Positions 18,603 through 28,737 of a DNA stretch of 64,000 nucleotides are shown here, in pieces. The notes under the pieces were generated by a model. It searched no databases. It had not been told where the DNA came from and saw only the letters and a program-made list of their open reading frames with translations. The number at the start of each line of letters is the position of its first letter. The first letter of the stretch is position 1. Both the position numbers and the translations under genes were made by a program. This stretch comes from Bacillota bacterium (GTDB lineage: Bacteria; Bacillota; JAAYKD01): positions 704,001-768,000 of the forward strand of contig OY762825.2 of assembly GCA_963666425.2 (NCBI GenBank). The letters run 5' to 3'.

Positions 18603-19757
18603 TTAAATCTCACTTTCCTGATAAAGCTCCGCAAAAACAGCCGCCATGGGATAGGTTTCGCGTTTGAAATCGCGCAGATTTTTTTCAAAGGCATCGAAGA
18701 AACGGAATAGTTTCTCGGCACGGGCGCCTTCCCCCATATGACCGATGCGCCAAACCTTGCCGGCCAGGCTGCCCCAGCTGCCGCCGATCATCACACCATA
18801 CTTTTTCCAGAGCTGCCGCCGAAAACGTTCATCGTCAATACCCTGCGGCACCATGACCGCTGTCACAGTCACCGCCCGGCAATCCTGCTGTGGCATCAGT
18901 TGAAATCCGGCGCGGCTTAAGGTTTCCCGCACGGCGGAAGCAATCATGCGATGACGCGCATAAAGACCTTCTCCCTCTGCTAAAGCGCGGTTCACAGCTT
19001 CATCCAGAGCGTATAAGTCGGAAATCGGCATAGTGTAGGGAAATTCTTTGCTGCCGGAGAGCCAGCCGTTTTTCCAGATGACCAAATTCAAATAATAACC
19101 GCCGTAGGGAATTTCACGCTCCAGCATGCGCTTCCAGGCATGCTGCGAGATCGCCAGAATGGTCAGGCCGGGAGGTGCTGAGAGTGCTTTCTGCGAACCG
19201 CCAATCACGATATCAATCTGCCAATCGTCGAGTTCGATCTTTTCCCCTGCCATAGACGCAACCGCGTCCACGATGGAAATTACGCCTCTCTCACGGCAAA
19301 CCCGTGCCAGTTCTCCCACCGGATTCAACATGCCGGAAGGTGTATCACAATGCACCATGGTAGCCACTTTGATTTCCGGGTGCTCGATCAACGCCTGCCT
19401 GATTTCCTCCGCCGTGATCGCTTCGTTATAATCTTTACTGAGAAAGACAACCTTGCCGCCGCAGCCGGTGACAAAATCGGCAAACCCACGCCCAAAAAAG
19501 CCGTTATCCAAGACTAAAACCGTCTCTCCGGGCTGTACCAGATTGACCACTGCCGCTTCTAAGCCAAGGATGCCTTCGCCGTTGAGCACCAGGACATCGT
19601 TTTCCGTGTGCAGCAGTTTTTTTAATTTGCCGCATAAATTTTCGTAAAAGTCAAAGAAATCCAGATCGAGATCCGGATTGAGGATGGGTTTGGCCATCGC
19701 CAAACGTACCGCCTCGCTAACCTCAACCGGTCCGGGCGTCAGAATCATTTTATCCAT
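18603..19757 (-). CDS. Class V PLP-dependent aminotransferase (alanine-glyoxylate/PucG-like)
   Basis: LTPGP, HCDTPSG, DAVAS, GSQKAL and RIGHMG motifs. Confidence 0.9.
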   Translation of the reverse strand: MDKMILTPGPVEVSEAVRLAMAKPILNPDLDLDFFDFYENLCGKLKKLLHTENDVLVLNGEGILGLEAAVVNLVQPGETVLVLDNGFFGRGFADFVTGCGGKVVFLSKDYNEAITAEEIRQALIEHPEIKVATMVHCDTPSGMLNPVGELARVCRERGVISIVDAVASMAGEKIELDDWQIDIVIGGSQKALSAPPGLTILAISQHAWKRMLEREIPYGGYYLNLVIWKNGWLSGSKEFPYTMPISDLYALDEAVNRALAEGEGLYARHRMIASAVRETLSRAGFQLMPQQDCRAVTVTAVMVPQGIDDERFRRQLWKKYGVMIGGSWGSLAGKVWRIGHMGEGARAEKLFRFFDAFEKNLRDFKRETYPMAAVFAELYQESEI

Positions 19758-19771
19758 CGAGAAGCACCCCT

Positions 19772-20950
19772 TTATTTTAATATGTCCAGTGTAACCTGCG
19801 CCATCACCTTCGCTCCGGTTGCCAACGCGTTTTCATTGACATCGAAACGATTATGATGAATGGGATATAGACCTTTTTCGTTATCGCCGATCCCCAGGCG
19901 GTAATAAACACCCGGAATATCCCGCATAAAAAAGGAAAAATCTTCTCCGCCCATGGAGGGTTCCAGCTGTGTGATTACATGATCGCTGCCCAAGACGGCC
20001 GCAGCAGAAGCAATCAGCTGTTTGGTTAGGGTAGCATCACTGGCGGTAAGATCATATTGATCGGTATAGTCCAGCGTATAGCTCGCACCAAAAGCAGAAC
20101 AGGTAGCAGCCAGCAGTTCCTGCATCCATTTTTGGCAGTTGGCCTGCGTCGTTTTATTCAAAGTCCGTAAGGTCCCGTTGAGCACAGCCTGTTCGGCAAT
20201 CACGTTACCGCGCACACCGGCCGTCATCTGACCGATGGTCAGCACAACCGGATCGAACGGATTGGTTCTGCGGCTGACAATCTGCTGCAGTCCGCTGATG
20301 AACTGTACGGCCACCGCCAGCGCATCGATACACAGATGCGGCTGCGCCCCATGCCCGCCGCGTCCGTTGATGGTAATGGTAAAGTTATCCGGTGCTGCCA
20401 TGATCGGACCGGCCTGAGCAGCAATACTGCCGGCCGGCACATCATGCCAAACATGAGCGCCGAAAATATAGTCGACCTTAGGATTTTCCAGGACACCCGC
20501 CGCAATCATCGGCAGTGCGCCGCCGGGGCCTTCTTCGGCCGGCTGAAAAATGAACTTGACGTTGCCTTTGATTTGTTCTTTCAGCGAAGCTAAAATCATC
20601 GCCGCTCCCAACAGACTGGCTGTATGCACATCGTGTCCGCAGGCATGCATTACACCGGCTTGCTGTGACTGATAATCGGTCTCGTTCAATTCCTGGATGG
20701 GCAGCGCGTCCATATCGGCGCGTAAAGCAACGGTAGGGCCCGCGCCGCTGCCGCGCAGCAAACCGACGACGCCTGTTTTGGCTACGTTGCGCGTGACTTC
20801 CAGACCACAACCCTCTAGTGTTTCTGCGACCAGTGCCGCAGTCTTGAATTCCTGAAAACCCAGTTCCGGGTGTCTATGAATACGCCGCCGCAGTTCAATC
20901 AACCGAGGTTGAATCTGATCTGCCAGGCGAACGACTTCCTGACTTGCCAT
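19772..20950 (-). CDS. M20D amidohydrolase
   Basis: HRHPELGFQE, RADMDALP, MHACGHD, FQPAEE and GEDF motifs. Confidence 0.92.
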   Translation of the reverse strand: MASQEVVRLADQIQPRLIELRRRIHRHPELGFQEFKTAALVAETLEGCGLEVTRNVAKTGVVGLLRGSGAGPTVALRADMDALPIQELNETDYQSQQAGVMHACGHDVHTASLLGAAMILASLKEQIKGNVKFIFQPAEEGPGGALPMIAAGVLENPKVDYIFGAHVWHDVPAGSIAAQAGPIMAAPDNFTITINGRGGHGAQPHLCIDALAVAVQFISGLQQIVSRRTNPFDPVVLTIGQMTAGVRGNVIAEQAVLNGTLRTLNKTTQANCQKWMQELLAATCSAFGASYTLDYTDQYDLTASDATLTKQLIASAAAVLGSDHVITQLEPSMGGEDFSFFMRDIPGVYYRLGIGDNEKGLYPIHHNRFDVNENALATGAKVMAQVTLDILK

Positions 20951-21215
20951 TTTTCCATGCTCCTTTTTTTATTTACCGGTTAAAAAACCAATTGCCGCCG
21001 AAGTCTTCTTTCCTGCAATCTGTTTTAGTTTCGACGCAATCAAAGCTTTCTCCTTGTACAAGCAATGAAGATTTTACCCTCTGCCGCAGCGGAAAACCCT
21101 CGATAAATTTTCGATCCCAAGCCCGGAATTGCAGCAGCAGACATTGCTCATTCCAGAAAAGTATGTCATAATAGGACACGAAAACGAGCTGAAAGAAAAG
21201 AAAGAAGGCGAACTC

Positions 21216-22781
21216 ATGCAATCTTTTTATGATGTCATTATCATCGGCGGCGGCGGCGCCGGTCTGTGCGCTGCCATTGCCGCCCGGGAACAGGGCGCTT
21301 CCGTTTTACTGATCAGCAAGACAGCACCCGGCAAGGCCAATTGTACCGCCTTTGCCGGCGGTGGCTTCAGCTTTGCCGGACCGGGCACTGCCTGGCAGAG
21401 TCACCGCGACAAAACACGCGAAATCGGCCGCCAGATCAACAACCCGGAGCTGCTCGATCTCTATTGTCAGGAAGGTCCGCTGGCGGTGCTCAACCTGCAG
21501 CAATACGGTATGCGGATGAAAGTGCATGCCAGCGGCGCGGGTGTCGGCGCTTATGCTCCCAACTCGATGGTTGGCGGGATGGGCATGACGCTGCCGCTGC
21601 TGCAGACTTGTCTGGAAAAAGGTGTGGATCTTTTAGCCGAACATACCGTTTATGAAATCCTGCTGCAGGAAGACCATGTCTGCGGTGCTGCCGTGCTCAA
21701 CCTGAGAAACGGACAAAAACAGCTGCTCCGCTGCGCCTCCTTGGTGGTAGCAACCGGTGGCGGCGGCCGCACTTATGGCCGCACCAACAATCCGCTGACC
21801 ACCACCGGTGACGGTTATCATTTGCTTTACGAGTTGGGGCTGCCTTTTCGCGATATGGAATTTGTGCAGTTTTATCCCATGGGTTTGGCGGAAGAAGCGC
21901 TGCCAATGTGGTTCATCGATTTGGGTGTGATCGACGATGTTGCTTTTACCGACCGCAGCGGCGAGGAATTCCTGAAAAACCTGCTGCTTAGTTGGGGCAT
22001 TGCTTCGGGGCGGGAAGGTAATTTGTACGCCCGCGACCGCACCTCCATTGCCATCGCTAAAAAATGGCAGGAAGGCGATGCGCCGCTGCTGCATTTGGAA
22101 AATCTCACCGATAGCCAATGGCAGCGGCGTTACCGGGGGATTCTACGCTTGAATCGGCCGGAACACGACTTTACCAAAAAGCCAATCCGCATCCGCCCGC
22201 TGGTGCATTATATGAGCGGTGGCGTGATCATCAACACGGAATGCGAAACCGGACTTGGCGGTCTCTACGCCTGCGGTGAAGTAACCGGAGGGATTGACGG
22301 CGCCAATCGGATTGGCGGCAACGCTTTGACCAATATCAGCTACTTTGGCCTGAAAGCGGGCAAAAATGCCGGCAATTACGCCAAAGAACATCAAAATCAT
22401 GTTACTGGCAGCTTGAGCAGCAAATCAGCGGCTATGACCGGCAGCAGCGGAAAATTCCAACCGGCAGATTTACGCCGTCAGCTGAATCAAGCCATGGATC
22501 GTCTGGCAGGACCCTTGCGCAGCGCAGCCGGACTGCAGGAAGCGATGGCTGTGATTGCTGATTTACAGCAGTCTCTGACTGAGGCGGCAACTACGACACC
22601 GGAACAATTGAAAGATACGATCGAGCTGCAATCGATGCTGACCACCGCAAAACTGGTGACGGCGGGCGCTTATGAGCGCAAAGAAAGCCGCGGTGTACAT
22701 TTCCGCAGCGACTATCCCAATGAAGATCCGGCTTGGCAGAAACCCATCCTGCAAAATAAAGATCAGGGGATTCTGAAATGA
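21216..22781 (+). CDS. FAD-dependent oxidoreductase of the SdhA/FrdA/NadB family
   Basis: GGGGAG, ATGG, MEFVQFYP, HYMSGG, GANRIGGNAL and RKESRGVHFRSDYP; probable start at 21216. Confidence 0.85.
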   Translation: MQSFYDVIIIGGGGAGLCAAIAAREQGASVLLISKTAPGKANCTAFAGGGFSFAGPGTAWQSHRDKTREIGRQINNPELLDLYCQEGPLAVLNLQQYGMRMKVHASGAGVGAYAPNSMVGGMGMTLPLLQTCLEKGVDLLAEHTVYEILLQEDHVCGAAVLNLRNGQKQLLRCASLVVATGGGGRTYGRTNNPLTTTGDGYHLLYELGLPFRDMEFVQFYPMGLAEEALPMWFIDLGVIDDVAFTDRSGEEFLKNLLLSWGIASGREGNLYARDRTSIAIAKKWQEGDAPLLHLENLTDSQWQRRYRGILRLNRPEHDFTKKPIRIRPLVHYMSGGVIINTECETGLGGLYACGEVTGGIDGANRIGGNALTNISYFGLKAGKNAGNYAKEHQNHVTGSLSSKSAAMTGSSGKFQPADLRRQLNQAMDRLAGPLRSAAGLQEAMAVIADLQQSLTEAATTTPEQLKDTIELQSMLTTAKLVTAGAYERKESRGVHFRSDYPNEDPAWQKPILQNKDQGILK

Positions 22782-23866
22782 AGTATACCGCTTTACTAAA
22801 AGAGATCCAACCGCTCAACCAAGCTGCCATGCAGCTGGCACAGCGTTATCAAAACAGTCTGGTCAAACCACCGGGCAGTCTGGGCAGCCTGGAAGAGATC
22901 AGCATCCGCCTGGCCGGTATAACTGGCCGCGTCAAGAACAACCTGCCGCGCAAACTGCATGTTTTGTTTGGAGCCGATAACGGCATCTATGCTGAGGGTA
23001 TCGCTTCTGCACCGCAGAATTTCACCAATCTGCTGATGACCTATTACGGCAACACCGAGAACTGCGCCATTAACCTGCTTTGCAAACAGGCGAAGGCGGA
23101 CCTTCGTTTGTTGGATATGGGCATCATCGGACCGGTAGCAAGCAGCAAGGTCCTCAACTGCAAATTAATGCAAGGAACGGCCAATTTTGCGGTCATGCCG
23201 GCGATGCCGCTGACCATTGCCGAGCGCGCCGTGGAAATCGGCTTTGAACAGGCACAATATGCTTTTGATCAGGGTTATCAACTGATTGGCAGCGGAGAGG
23301 TCGGCATCGGTAATACCTCCAGCTCTGCCGCCTGTATGATGGCTGCTTTAGATTTGACTGCCGAAGAAGCAGTCGGCCGCGGCGCCGGTTTGAGCGATGC
23401 GGCATTCGCCAACAAAAAACGTATTCTGACCGCAGCGGTGCAGCTGCATCAACCGGATCGGGAAAATTACCTCGATATTTTAGCAAAGGTTGGCGGTCTC
23501 GATTTGGCCGCGCTGACCGGTTTATTTTTAGGAGCCGCCTATTACCGCCTGCCGGTCATTGTGGACGGCTTTATTTCCCTGACTGCTGCCGTTTTAGCAG
23601 CCAAAGCAGCGCCGCCGGTGCGGGAGTATCTGTTTCCTTCCCATGCTTCTGCCGAGCCGGGCTTCCGGAAAGGCGCCGCTTACCTTGGTCTGCAGCCAAT
23701 GCTGCAGCTGAATATGCGTTTAGGAGAAGGCAGCGGCTGCCCGCTGGCCATGCAGCTGATTGATGATGCCTTACTGATCATCAACGAAATGCTCACCTTT
23801 GACAATTCTTTGCTCAATGAAGAAGATTATAAGAAGAGTCTTGGCAGCGAAATACAAAAGGACTGA
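22778..23866 (+). CDS. cobT: Nicotinate-nucleotide-dimethylbenzimidazole phosphoribosyltransferase
   Basis: KPPGSLGSLE, GEVGIGNT and MRLGEGSG motifs. Confidence 0.93.
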   Translation: MKYTALLKEIQPLNQAAMQLAQRYQNSLVKPPGSLGSLEEISIRLAGITGRVKNNLPRKLHVLFGADNGIYAEGIASAPQNFTNLLMTYYGNTENCAINLLCKQAKADLRLLDMGIIGPVASSKVLNCKLMQGTANFAVMPAMPLTIAERAVEIGFEQAQYAFDQGYQLIGSGEVGIGNTSSSAACMMAALDLTAEEAVGRGAGLSDAAFANKKRILTAAVQLHQPDRENYLDILAKVGGLDLAALTGLFLGAAYYRLPVIVDGFISLTAAVLAAKAAPPVREYLFPSHASAEPGFRKGAAYLGLQPMLQLNMRLGEGSGCPLAMQLIDDALLIINEMLTFDNSLLNEEDYKKSLGSEIQKD

Positions 23867-23871
23867 GATCA

Positions 23872-24426
23872 ATGCGCATCTTACTTTGCGGCGGCAGTAA
23901 AAGTGGAAAATCCCTACAGGCACAGCGTCTCGCCGCCCGGCTTGCTCACCTAAATGCCGCTCCGCTTTATTATCTGGCTACCATGCAGCCTATGGATCGG
24001 GAAGATGAAGCCCGCATCACCCGCCATCTGCGTGAACGGCAAGGTTGGGGTTTTGAAACACTGGAATATCCTTTTGAGATTCAGCAGGCCTTAGGCGTTT
24101 GCCGTCCCGCAGCGGTCGTGATGATCGACTGCATGACGACGCTGCTGGCCAATGCTGCGTTTTTGCATTGGCCGCCGGATTGGCAAAGCGGCGATCATCT
24201 GTTTTGGCAGTGGCAGACGCTCAGTTCCGGCTTGCAGCACAGTGTGACCGTCTCCAACGATGTCTTTTCAGATGCTCACATTTTTGCCTCTGAGACCGAA
24301 CGTTATCGTGCCATGCTGGGCAAACTGCACTGCCGGATGGCAGAAGCCGCCGATCTGGTCCTGGAAGCACAGTTCGGTCAGCTGATCTGCCACAAAGGCA
24401 GCTCGCTTTGGGAGGCTTTGCGATGA
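23872..24426 (+). CDS. cobU: Adenosylcobinamide kinase/guanylyltransferase
   Basis: GGSKSGKS P-loop, YLATM, RITRH and IDCMTTLLAN motifs. Confidence 0.88.
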   Translation: MRILLCGGSKSGKSLQAQRLAARLAHLNAAPLYYLATMQPMDREDEARITRHLRERQGWGFETLEYPFEIQQALGVCRPAAVVMIDCMTTLLANAAFLHWPPDWQSGDHLFWQWQTLSSGLQHSVTVSNDVFSDAHIFASETERYRAMLGKLHCRMAEAADLVLEAQFGQLICHKGSSLWEALR

Positions 24427-25196
24427 TCAAACGCATCTGGCAGGGGTGGCTGATGAATCTTGGCATGTTCACCAATCTGCCTTTTCTGAAAAACGTCTGG
24501 CAGGAAGACGCCGCCGTCTATGTGCTGCGCTTGCTGCCGCTGACCGGCTTGTTGTTGGGCGGTCTCTGGTGGCTGCTCTACCGCGCACTGCTGCTGCTGT
24601 CTCTGCCCTTGCCGCTCGCGGCAGTACTCCTGGCGCTTTTTCCCTGGTTTGCCAGCGGTTTTCTCCATTTGGATGGATTTATGGATACCAGTGACGCGCT
24701 GCTCTCGCGGCGCGACAGAGCAGAACAGCTGCGCATCCTGAAAGATCCCCATACCGGTGCTTTTGCGGTCATTTCTCTCGCCTGTTTATTCAGTTTCCAG
24801 CTGGCAGCCGCTTTTGTTTGCCTGCAAAGTCCCTTGCCGATTTGGCTGTTTTTCTGGATTCCCTTCACCTCACGCTTACTGACAGCCATTGCGTTGCTGC
24901 GCTGCCCTGCCCTGCCCAGCAGCAGTCTGGCCGCTTTCTTTCAAAAGGGCAATGGCGCCAAGCAGGCCAATCTGCTGCTTTTATTGTTTGGTGCCAGTTT
25001 GATTCTTGCCTATTTACAAGGCGGACCACTCGCCTTACTGCTGCTGCTGCTGCAGACCTTCTTCTTCCTACTGCCCCTGCAGAATGCGGTCCGACAATTG
25101 GGCGGTATCTCCGGTGATCTCTCCGGTTATGCCCTAACATTCTGTGAGACAGGCGCTTTCTTTGGCTTCGCCTGTCTGACGCATCTATTTTACTAG
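24423..25196 (+). CDS. cobS: Adenosylcobinamide-GDP ribazoletransferase (cobalamin synthase)
   Basis: HLDGFMDTSDA, ILKDPHTG and GGISGD motifs. Confidence 0.92.
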   Translation: MIKRIWQGWLMNLGMFTNLPFLKNVWQEDAAVYVLRLLPLTGLLLGGLWWLLYRALLLLSLPLPLAAVLLALFPWFASGFLHLDGFMDTSDALLSRRDRAEQLRILKDPHTGAFAVISLACLFSFQLAAAFVCLQSPLPIWLFFWIPFTSRLLTAIALLRCPALPSSSLAAFFQKGNGAKQANLLLLLFGASLILAYLQGGPLALLLLLLQTFFFLLPLQNAVRQLGGISGDLSGYALTFCETGAFFGFACLTHLFY

Positions 25197-25205
25197 GGGT
25201 GACAA

Positions 25206-25592
25206 ATGATGATCTTAATCTTTGGCGGCGCTTATCAGGGTAAATTGCAGTTTGCCTGCAGCGAATTCGGCTTACAGCCGCAGGATTGCTATACCTGCAG
25301 CGCTGCGGACACTTCTCCTGATGCTTCGATGAAAATCTGGCAGCAGCTGCACACTTTTGTTTACCAGCTGCGCCGGGAAAACACGGATCCGCTGCTTTGG
25401 TTTGAAGAGCATCAGGCTGTTTGGCAGGATAAAATCCTGATTTTTGACGACATCGGCAGCGGCATCGTGCCAACCGATGCGCTGGAACGGCAATGGCGCG
25501 AAGACAATGGCCGCTGTCTGCAGTATCTCAGCCAACAAGCAACAGAGGTATACCGTTTATTCTGCGGCTTACCGACGAGGCTGAAACCATGA
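25206..25592 (+). CDS. Short CobU-like protein
   Basis: IFGGAYQGK, DDIGSGIVP..ERQWRE..GR and VYRLFCGL motifs; only 128 aa. Confidence 0.8.
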   Translation: MMILIFGGAYQGKLQFACSEFGLQPQDCYTCSAADTSPDASMKIWQQLHTFVYQLRRENTDPLLWFEEHQAVWQDKILIFDDIGSGIVPTDALERQWREDNGRCLQYLSQQATEVYRLFCGLPTRLKP

Positions 25593-26212
25593 TACATACT
25601 TTTCAATTAGTCTTGCTGCGGCACGGCAAAACCGAGGCCAATCTCCGGCATATTTTCTGCGGTCAGACCGATCTGCCGTTGGCGGTAAGCGGCCGCCAAT
25701 TACTGCTGGCAGCCTCTGCCGCCGGTATTTATCCGCCAGTGGAGCAGGTTTTCTGCAGCAGTCTGCAGCGCGCTGTTGAAACTGCTGCTATTTTAGTCCC
25801 CCACCAGACCCCGCTGCTGCTGAGTGACTTGCAGGAGTATAATTTTGGTGATTATGAAGGGTTCAGCCATGATCAGCTGCAGGATCGCAGCGACTACACC
25901 GATTGGGTCAACGACGAAATCGGCGATCTCTCTCCTCCCCATGGGGAAAGCCGAACGCAGTTTATGCAGCGTGCTTTGCGGGGGATGCAGCAGATCGCTG
26001 ACACCTGTGCTGCAACCGGAACAAAAACAGCGCTCTTGGTGACACACGGCGGCATCATTGCCAGCCTGTTGCTGCGTTGGTTTCCCGGTCAGCAAAACTA
26101 CGGACAATGGCAGCCGCAACCGGGTTATGGCTACCTGCTGCAAATTACGTATGGCAAGGATGCTCCATCCGAGATGCAGGTCACGATCCTGCGCCGGATT
26201 GAACCCCACTAG
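25589..26212 (+). CDS. cobC: Histidine phosphatase family protein, probable alpha-ribazole phosphatase
   Basis: LRHGKT, SLQRAVETA, E.NFGDYEG and VTHGG motifs; cob gene context. Confidence 0.8.
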   Translation: MIHTFQLVLLRHGKTEANLRHIFCGQTDLPLAVSGRQLLLAASAAGIYPPVEQVFCSSLQRAVETAAILVPHQTPLLLSDLQEYNFGDYEGFSHDQLQDRSDYTDWVNDEIGDLSPPHGESRTQFMQRALRGMQQIADTCAATGTKTALLVTHGGIIASLLLRWFPGQQNYGQWQPQPGYGYLLQITYGKDAPSEMQVTILRRIEPH

Positions 26213-26222
26213 GAGGCAGATC

Positions 26223-27155
26223 ATGCAAAAATTCCTACCGGACATTCCCGGTTCCGATGCTTGGCTTTCGCTGACCCCTTTGCAGAAGGGCTGGTCGCGT
26301 GATGAGAAATATGTCGTCACAACCAAAGAGCATCAGAAACTGCTGCTGCGCATTTCTCCGGCGGCAGAAAAGGAAGCAAAAGAAAAGGATTACCACGCAC
26401 TCAGGGCGATCCAACACCTGAATATCCGGATGAGCCGCCTGCTCGCCTTTGGTTTGCTGGAAGACGGCAGACCCTATACTCTTTTGACTTGGCTGGAAGG
26501 CAGCGATGCGGAAAGCAGATTGCCACTATTAAGTGAAAACGAACAGTATCAACTGGGCTGGCAAGCCGGAGAGGCGCTGGCGGCATTGCACAGCATCCCA
26601 GCACCTGCCAACCAGCCAGCCTGGCAGCAACGCTTTCAGCGCAAGACTGAAAGAAAACTGGAGATTTACAACAATTGCCCCATTAAAATCCCCGGTGGCG
26701 AAGCCATCATAAATTACATTACAAACAACTTCCGGTTATTGCAGAATCGTCCGCAGTGTTTCCAGCATGGAGATTACCACTGCGGCAACCTGATTGTGAC
26801 ATCCGACAACCAAATTGGTATCATTGACTTCAATCGTCTGGATTACGGCGACCCTTTCGAAGAATTCAACCGCATCACCTGGTGTGCCGCCATCAGCCCC
26901 CACTTTGCCTCGGGACGAATCGACGGATATTTTCAGGGGAAGATCCCGGCTGATTTTTTCCCCCTGCTGGCCTTCTATATCGGCAGCAATCAGCTCTCCT
27001 CCATTCCCTGGGCTATTCCTTTCGGAGAAGAACAAGTGCTAATCCTGCGGCAACAGGGAGAGGCCGTGCTGCAGAGCTACCGGCAATTCACCTGCCTCAT
27101 TCCCAGCTGGTATACTGCCGGAAATCCTGACGCAACTCAAAAAACTTCACACTGA
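26223..27155 (+). CDS. Aminoglycoside phosphotransferase/choline kinase-like protein
   Basis: KGWS.D.KY, HGDYHCGN and IIDF motifs; AGGAGG RBS before 26223. Confidence 0.85.
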   Translation: MQKFLPDIPGSDAWLSLTPLQKGWSRDEKYVVTTKEHQKLLLRISPAAEKEAKEKDYHALRAIQHLNIRMSRLLAFGLLEDGRPYTLLTWLEGSDAESRLPLLSENEQYQLGWQAGEALAALHSIPAPANQPAWQQRFQRKTERKLEIYNNCPIKIPGGEAIINYITNNFRLLQNRPQCFQHGDYHCGNLIVTSDNQIGIIDFNRLDYGDPFEEFNRITWCAAISPHFASGRIDGYFQGKIPADFFPLLAFYIGSNQLSSIPWAIPFGEEQVLILRQQGEAVLQSYRQFTCLIPSWYTAGNPDATQKTSH

Positions 27156-27161
27156 CGATAA

Positions 27162-27205
27162 TGAACCCAAGCTGTTAATTCTGCGCTGCAACAGCTTGGG
27201 TTCAT
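27162..27205. terminator. Hairpin TGAACCCAAGCTGTT...AACAGCTTGGGTTCA after the phosphotransferase gene
   Basis: 15-bp perfect inverted repeat. Confidence 0.6.
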
Positions 27206-27294
27206 AGCATCTGTCAGACAAAAAAGAAGCAATGCTAAGACTCTGTATGTAGTATTTCTGAAAAATGAAGCGACCACAGGAATCAGTGCTTACA

Positions 27295-27480
27295 CTCTCC
27301 GAACCCGGAAGCTGATTAATTTATGCTGCTGTCAGTATCGCTGCTCATAAAAAACTTATAGTTTTCCTAGAGAGAATCCGGCGATAAAAAAATCTTCACC
27401 CGAACTTAAATACAGGTGAAGACTTGCGCATCCTGAACACATCGTTCACGCTTTGCACTACAAGAGGTGAAACTGCCTCG
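27295..27480 (-). pseudogene. Orphan remnant of an M-box leader (3' aptamer fragment, terminator and leader-peptide segment)
   Basis: Colinear similarity to 38298-38483, e.g. ACACATCGTTCACGCTTTGCACTAC versus ACACATCGTTCAAGCTTTAGCACTGT. Confidence 0.7.
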
Positions 27481-27503
27481 AGATTAAAGAACGTTCCACT
27501 AAC

Positions 27504-28730
27504 TCAACTTGTGCGCAACGATTTCATGAAATATCCACTCATTGTAACCAGGGAGGCAATCACGCCAAACAAACTGATAACAAGCCATGCTGGTAAGAAA
27601 TCGCCAGCAAACCCTGCTACAACCGTTCCAAGAGGACTTAATGCTGTTGATAACATGGTTCGGAATGAATAAACCCTTCCTCGCATTTCATCAGCCACTT
27701 CTCTTTGATAAATCACAGATGAACACATACCGCTGATCATTCCACCTGTTAAGCCTAAAGCATATAAGAACATGGATAAAGATAGATTCGTGCTGAATCC
27801 CAGAAACATTTGAGACATTGTCATCACCAGACAAGTACTGATCAACAGTATTCCAACTCGGTCGATCTTTTTAAGAAAGGTTATTAAAACCGAAACAATC
27901 AGTCCCGTAATACTTGCAGCAGTAGCCATGGCAGCGAAATCCCCCACTCCACCCAAACGCTCCGTTATATAGAAGGGTAAAAGCAGGTTCTTTGCTGCAC
28001 CCATGAAGTTCGCAAATGAGAAGATGAACATTAATTGCATTATCACAGTATGCTGTTTTATATATTTCAAAGCGTTTATTATATTCTTAAGTTGATATGA
28101 TTTTTCTAAGACTCGACATACTAAATATTCTTCCTTCGCTGAAACAGCAAAAAGTGATAAACAAGAACTTATATACAAAATCGCTTTTAAAAAGAATACA
28201 TAGCTGTAATTGTATTTTGCTAAAGTCAATGCAGCCAAGGTTGGGCCAAGAAGAGTTCCGGCTCTTAAAAACCCTTGCTTCATAGCATTGGCTTGTGTCA
28301 GTGACTCTTTATCAACAATATTAGGAATGATTGCTTCCGAAGCTGGCTGATAAAACGCATTCGTAGCCGAGTTGATGAAATAGTAACTCGCCAGTAAATA
28401 AACATTTGCCTGATTATCCAGTAAAAATAACCCAACACAAGCAGAAAAAACTGCATTGGCTAATTGTGACCACTGCATCACTTTTTTTCGACTAACCTGA
28501 TCCAAAACATTACCTGCAAAAGGGAGTAACAAATAAGTAGGTAAATAGCTTGCTAGGTAAGTTAAACCCGCTAACGATGTAGAACCTGTAGTCTCTCTTA
28601 ATAGCCACATCACTGCTAATGATGCAACAGATGTCCCAAGGGTGGATAGTAAATTTCCTGATAGGAAAATCAAGAACCCGTGATTTTTCCAAATGCTGAC
28701 TTTAACTTTTTCGTGTGAATCTGTATTCAT
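27504..28730 (-). CDS. MFS transporter (MefA/DHA3-like exporter)
   Basis: AGNVLDQVSRKK motif A, FYQPA and MRGRV; ~12 TM segments. Confidence 0.88.
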   Translation of the reverse strand: MNTDSHEKVKVSIWKNHGFLIFLSGNLLSTLGTSVASLAVMWLLRETTGSTSLAGLTYLASYLPTYLLLPFAGNVLDQVSRKKVMQWSQLANAVFSACVGLFLLDNQANVYLLASYYFINSATNAFYQPASEAIIPNIVDKESLTQANAMKQGFLRAGTLLGPTLAALTLAKYNYSYVFFLKAILYISSCLSLFAVSAKEEYLVCRVLEKSYQLKNIINALKYIKQHTVIMQLMFIFSFANFMGAAKNLLLPFYITERLGGVGDFAAMATAASITGLIVSVLITFLKKIDRVGILLISTCLVMTMSQMFLGFSTNLSLSMFLYALGLTGGMISGMCSSVIYQREVADEMRGRVYSFRTMLSTALSPLGTVVAGFAGDFLPAWLVISLFGVIASLVTMSGYFMKSLRTS

Positions 28731-28737
28731 GCGTTAC

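Noticed and set aside
20951-21215. Cobalamin riboswitch upstream of the cob genes
   Set aside because: No recognisable B12-box or GGGAA...ACTG core in the intergenic region
26223-27155. A specific aminoglycoside resistance gene
   Set aside because: Only generic APH/kinase-fold motifs are present; the substrate cannot be assigned from sequence
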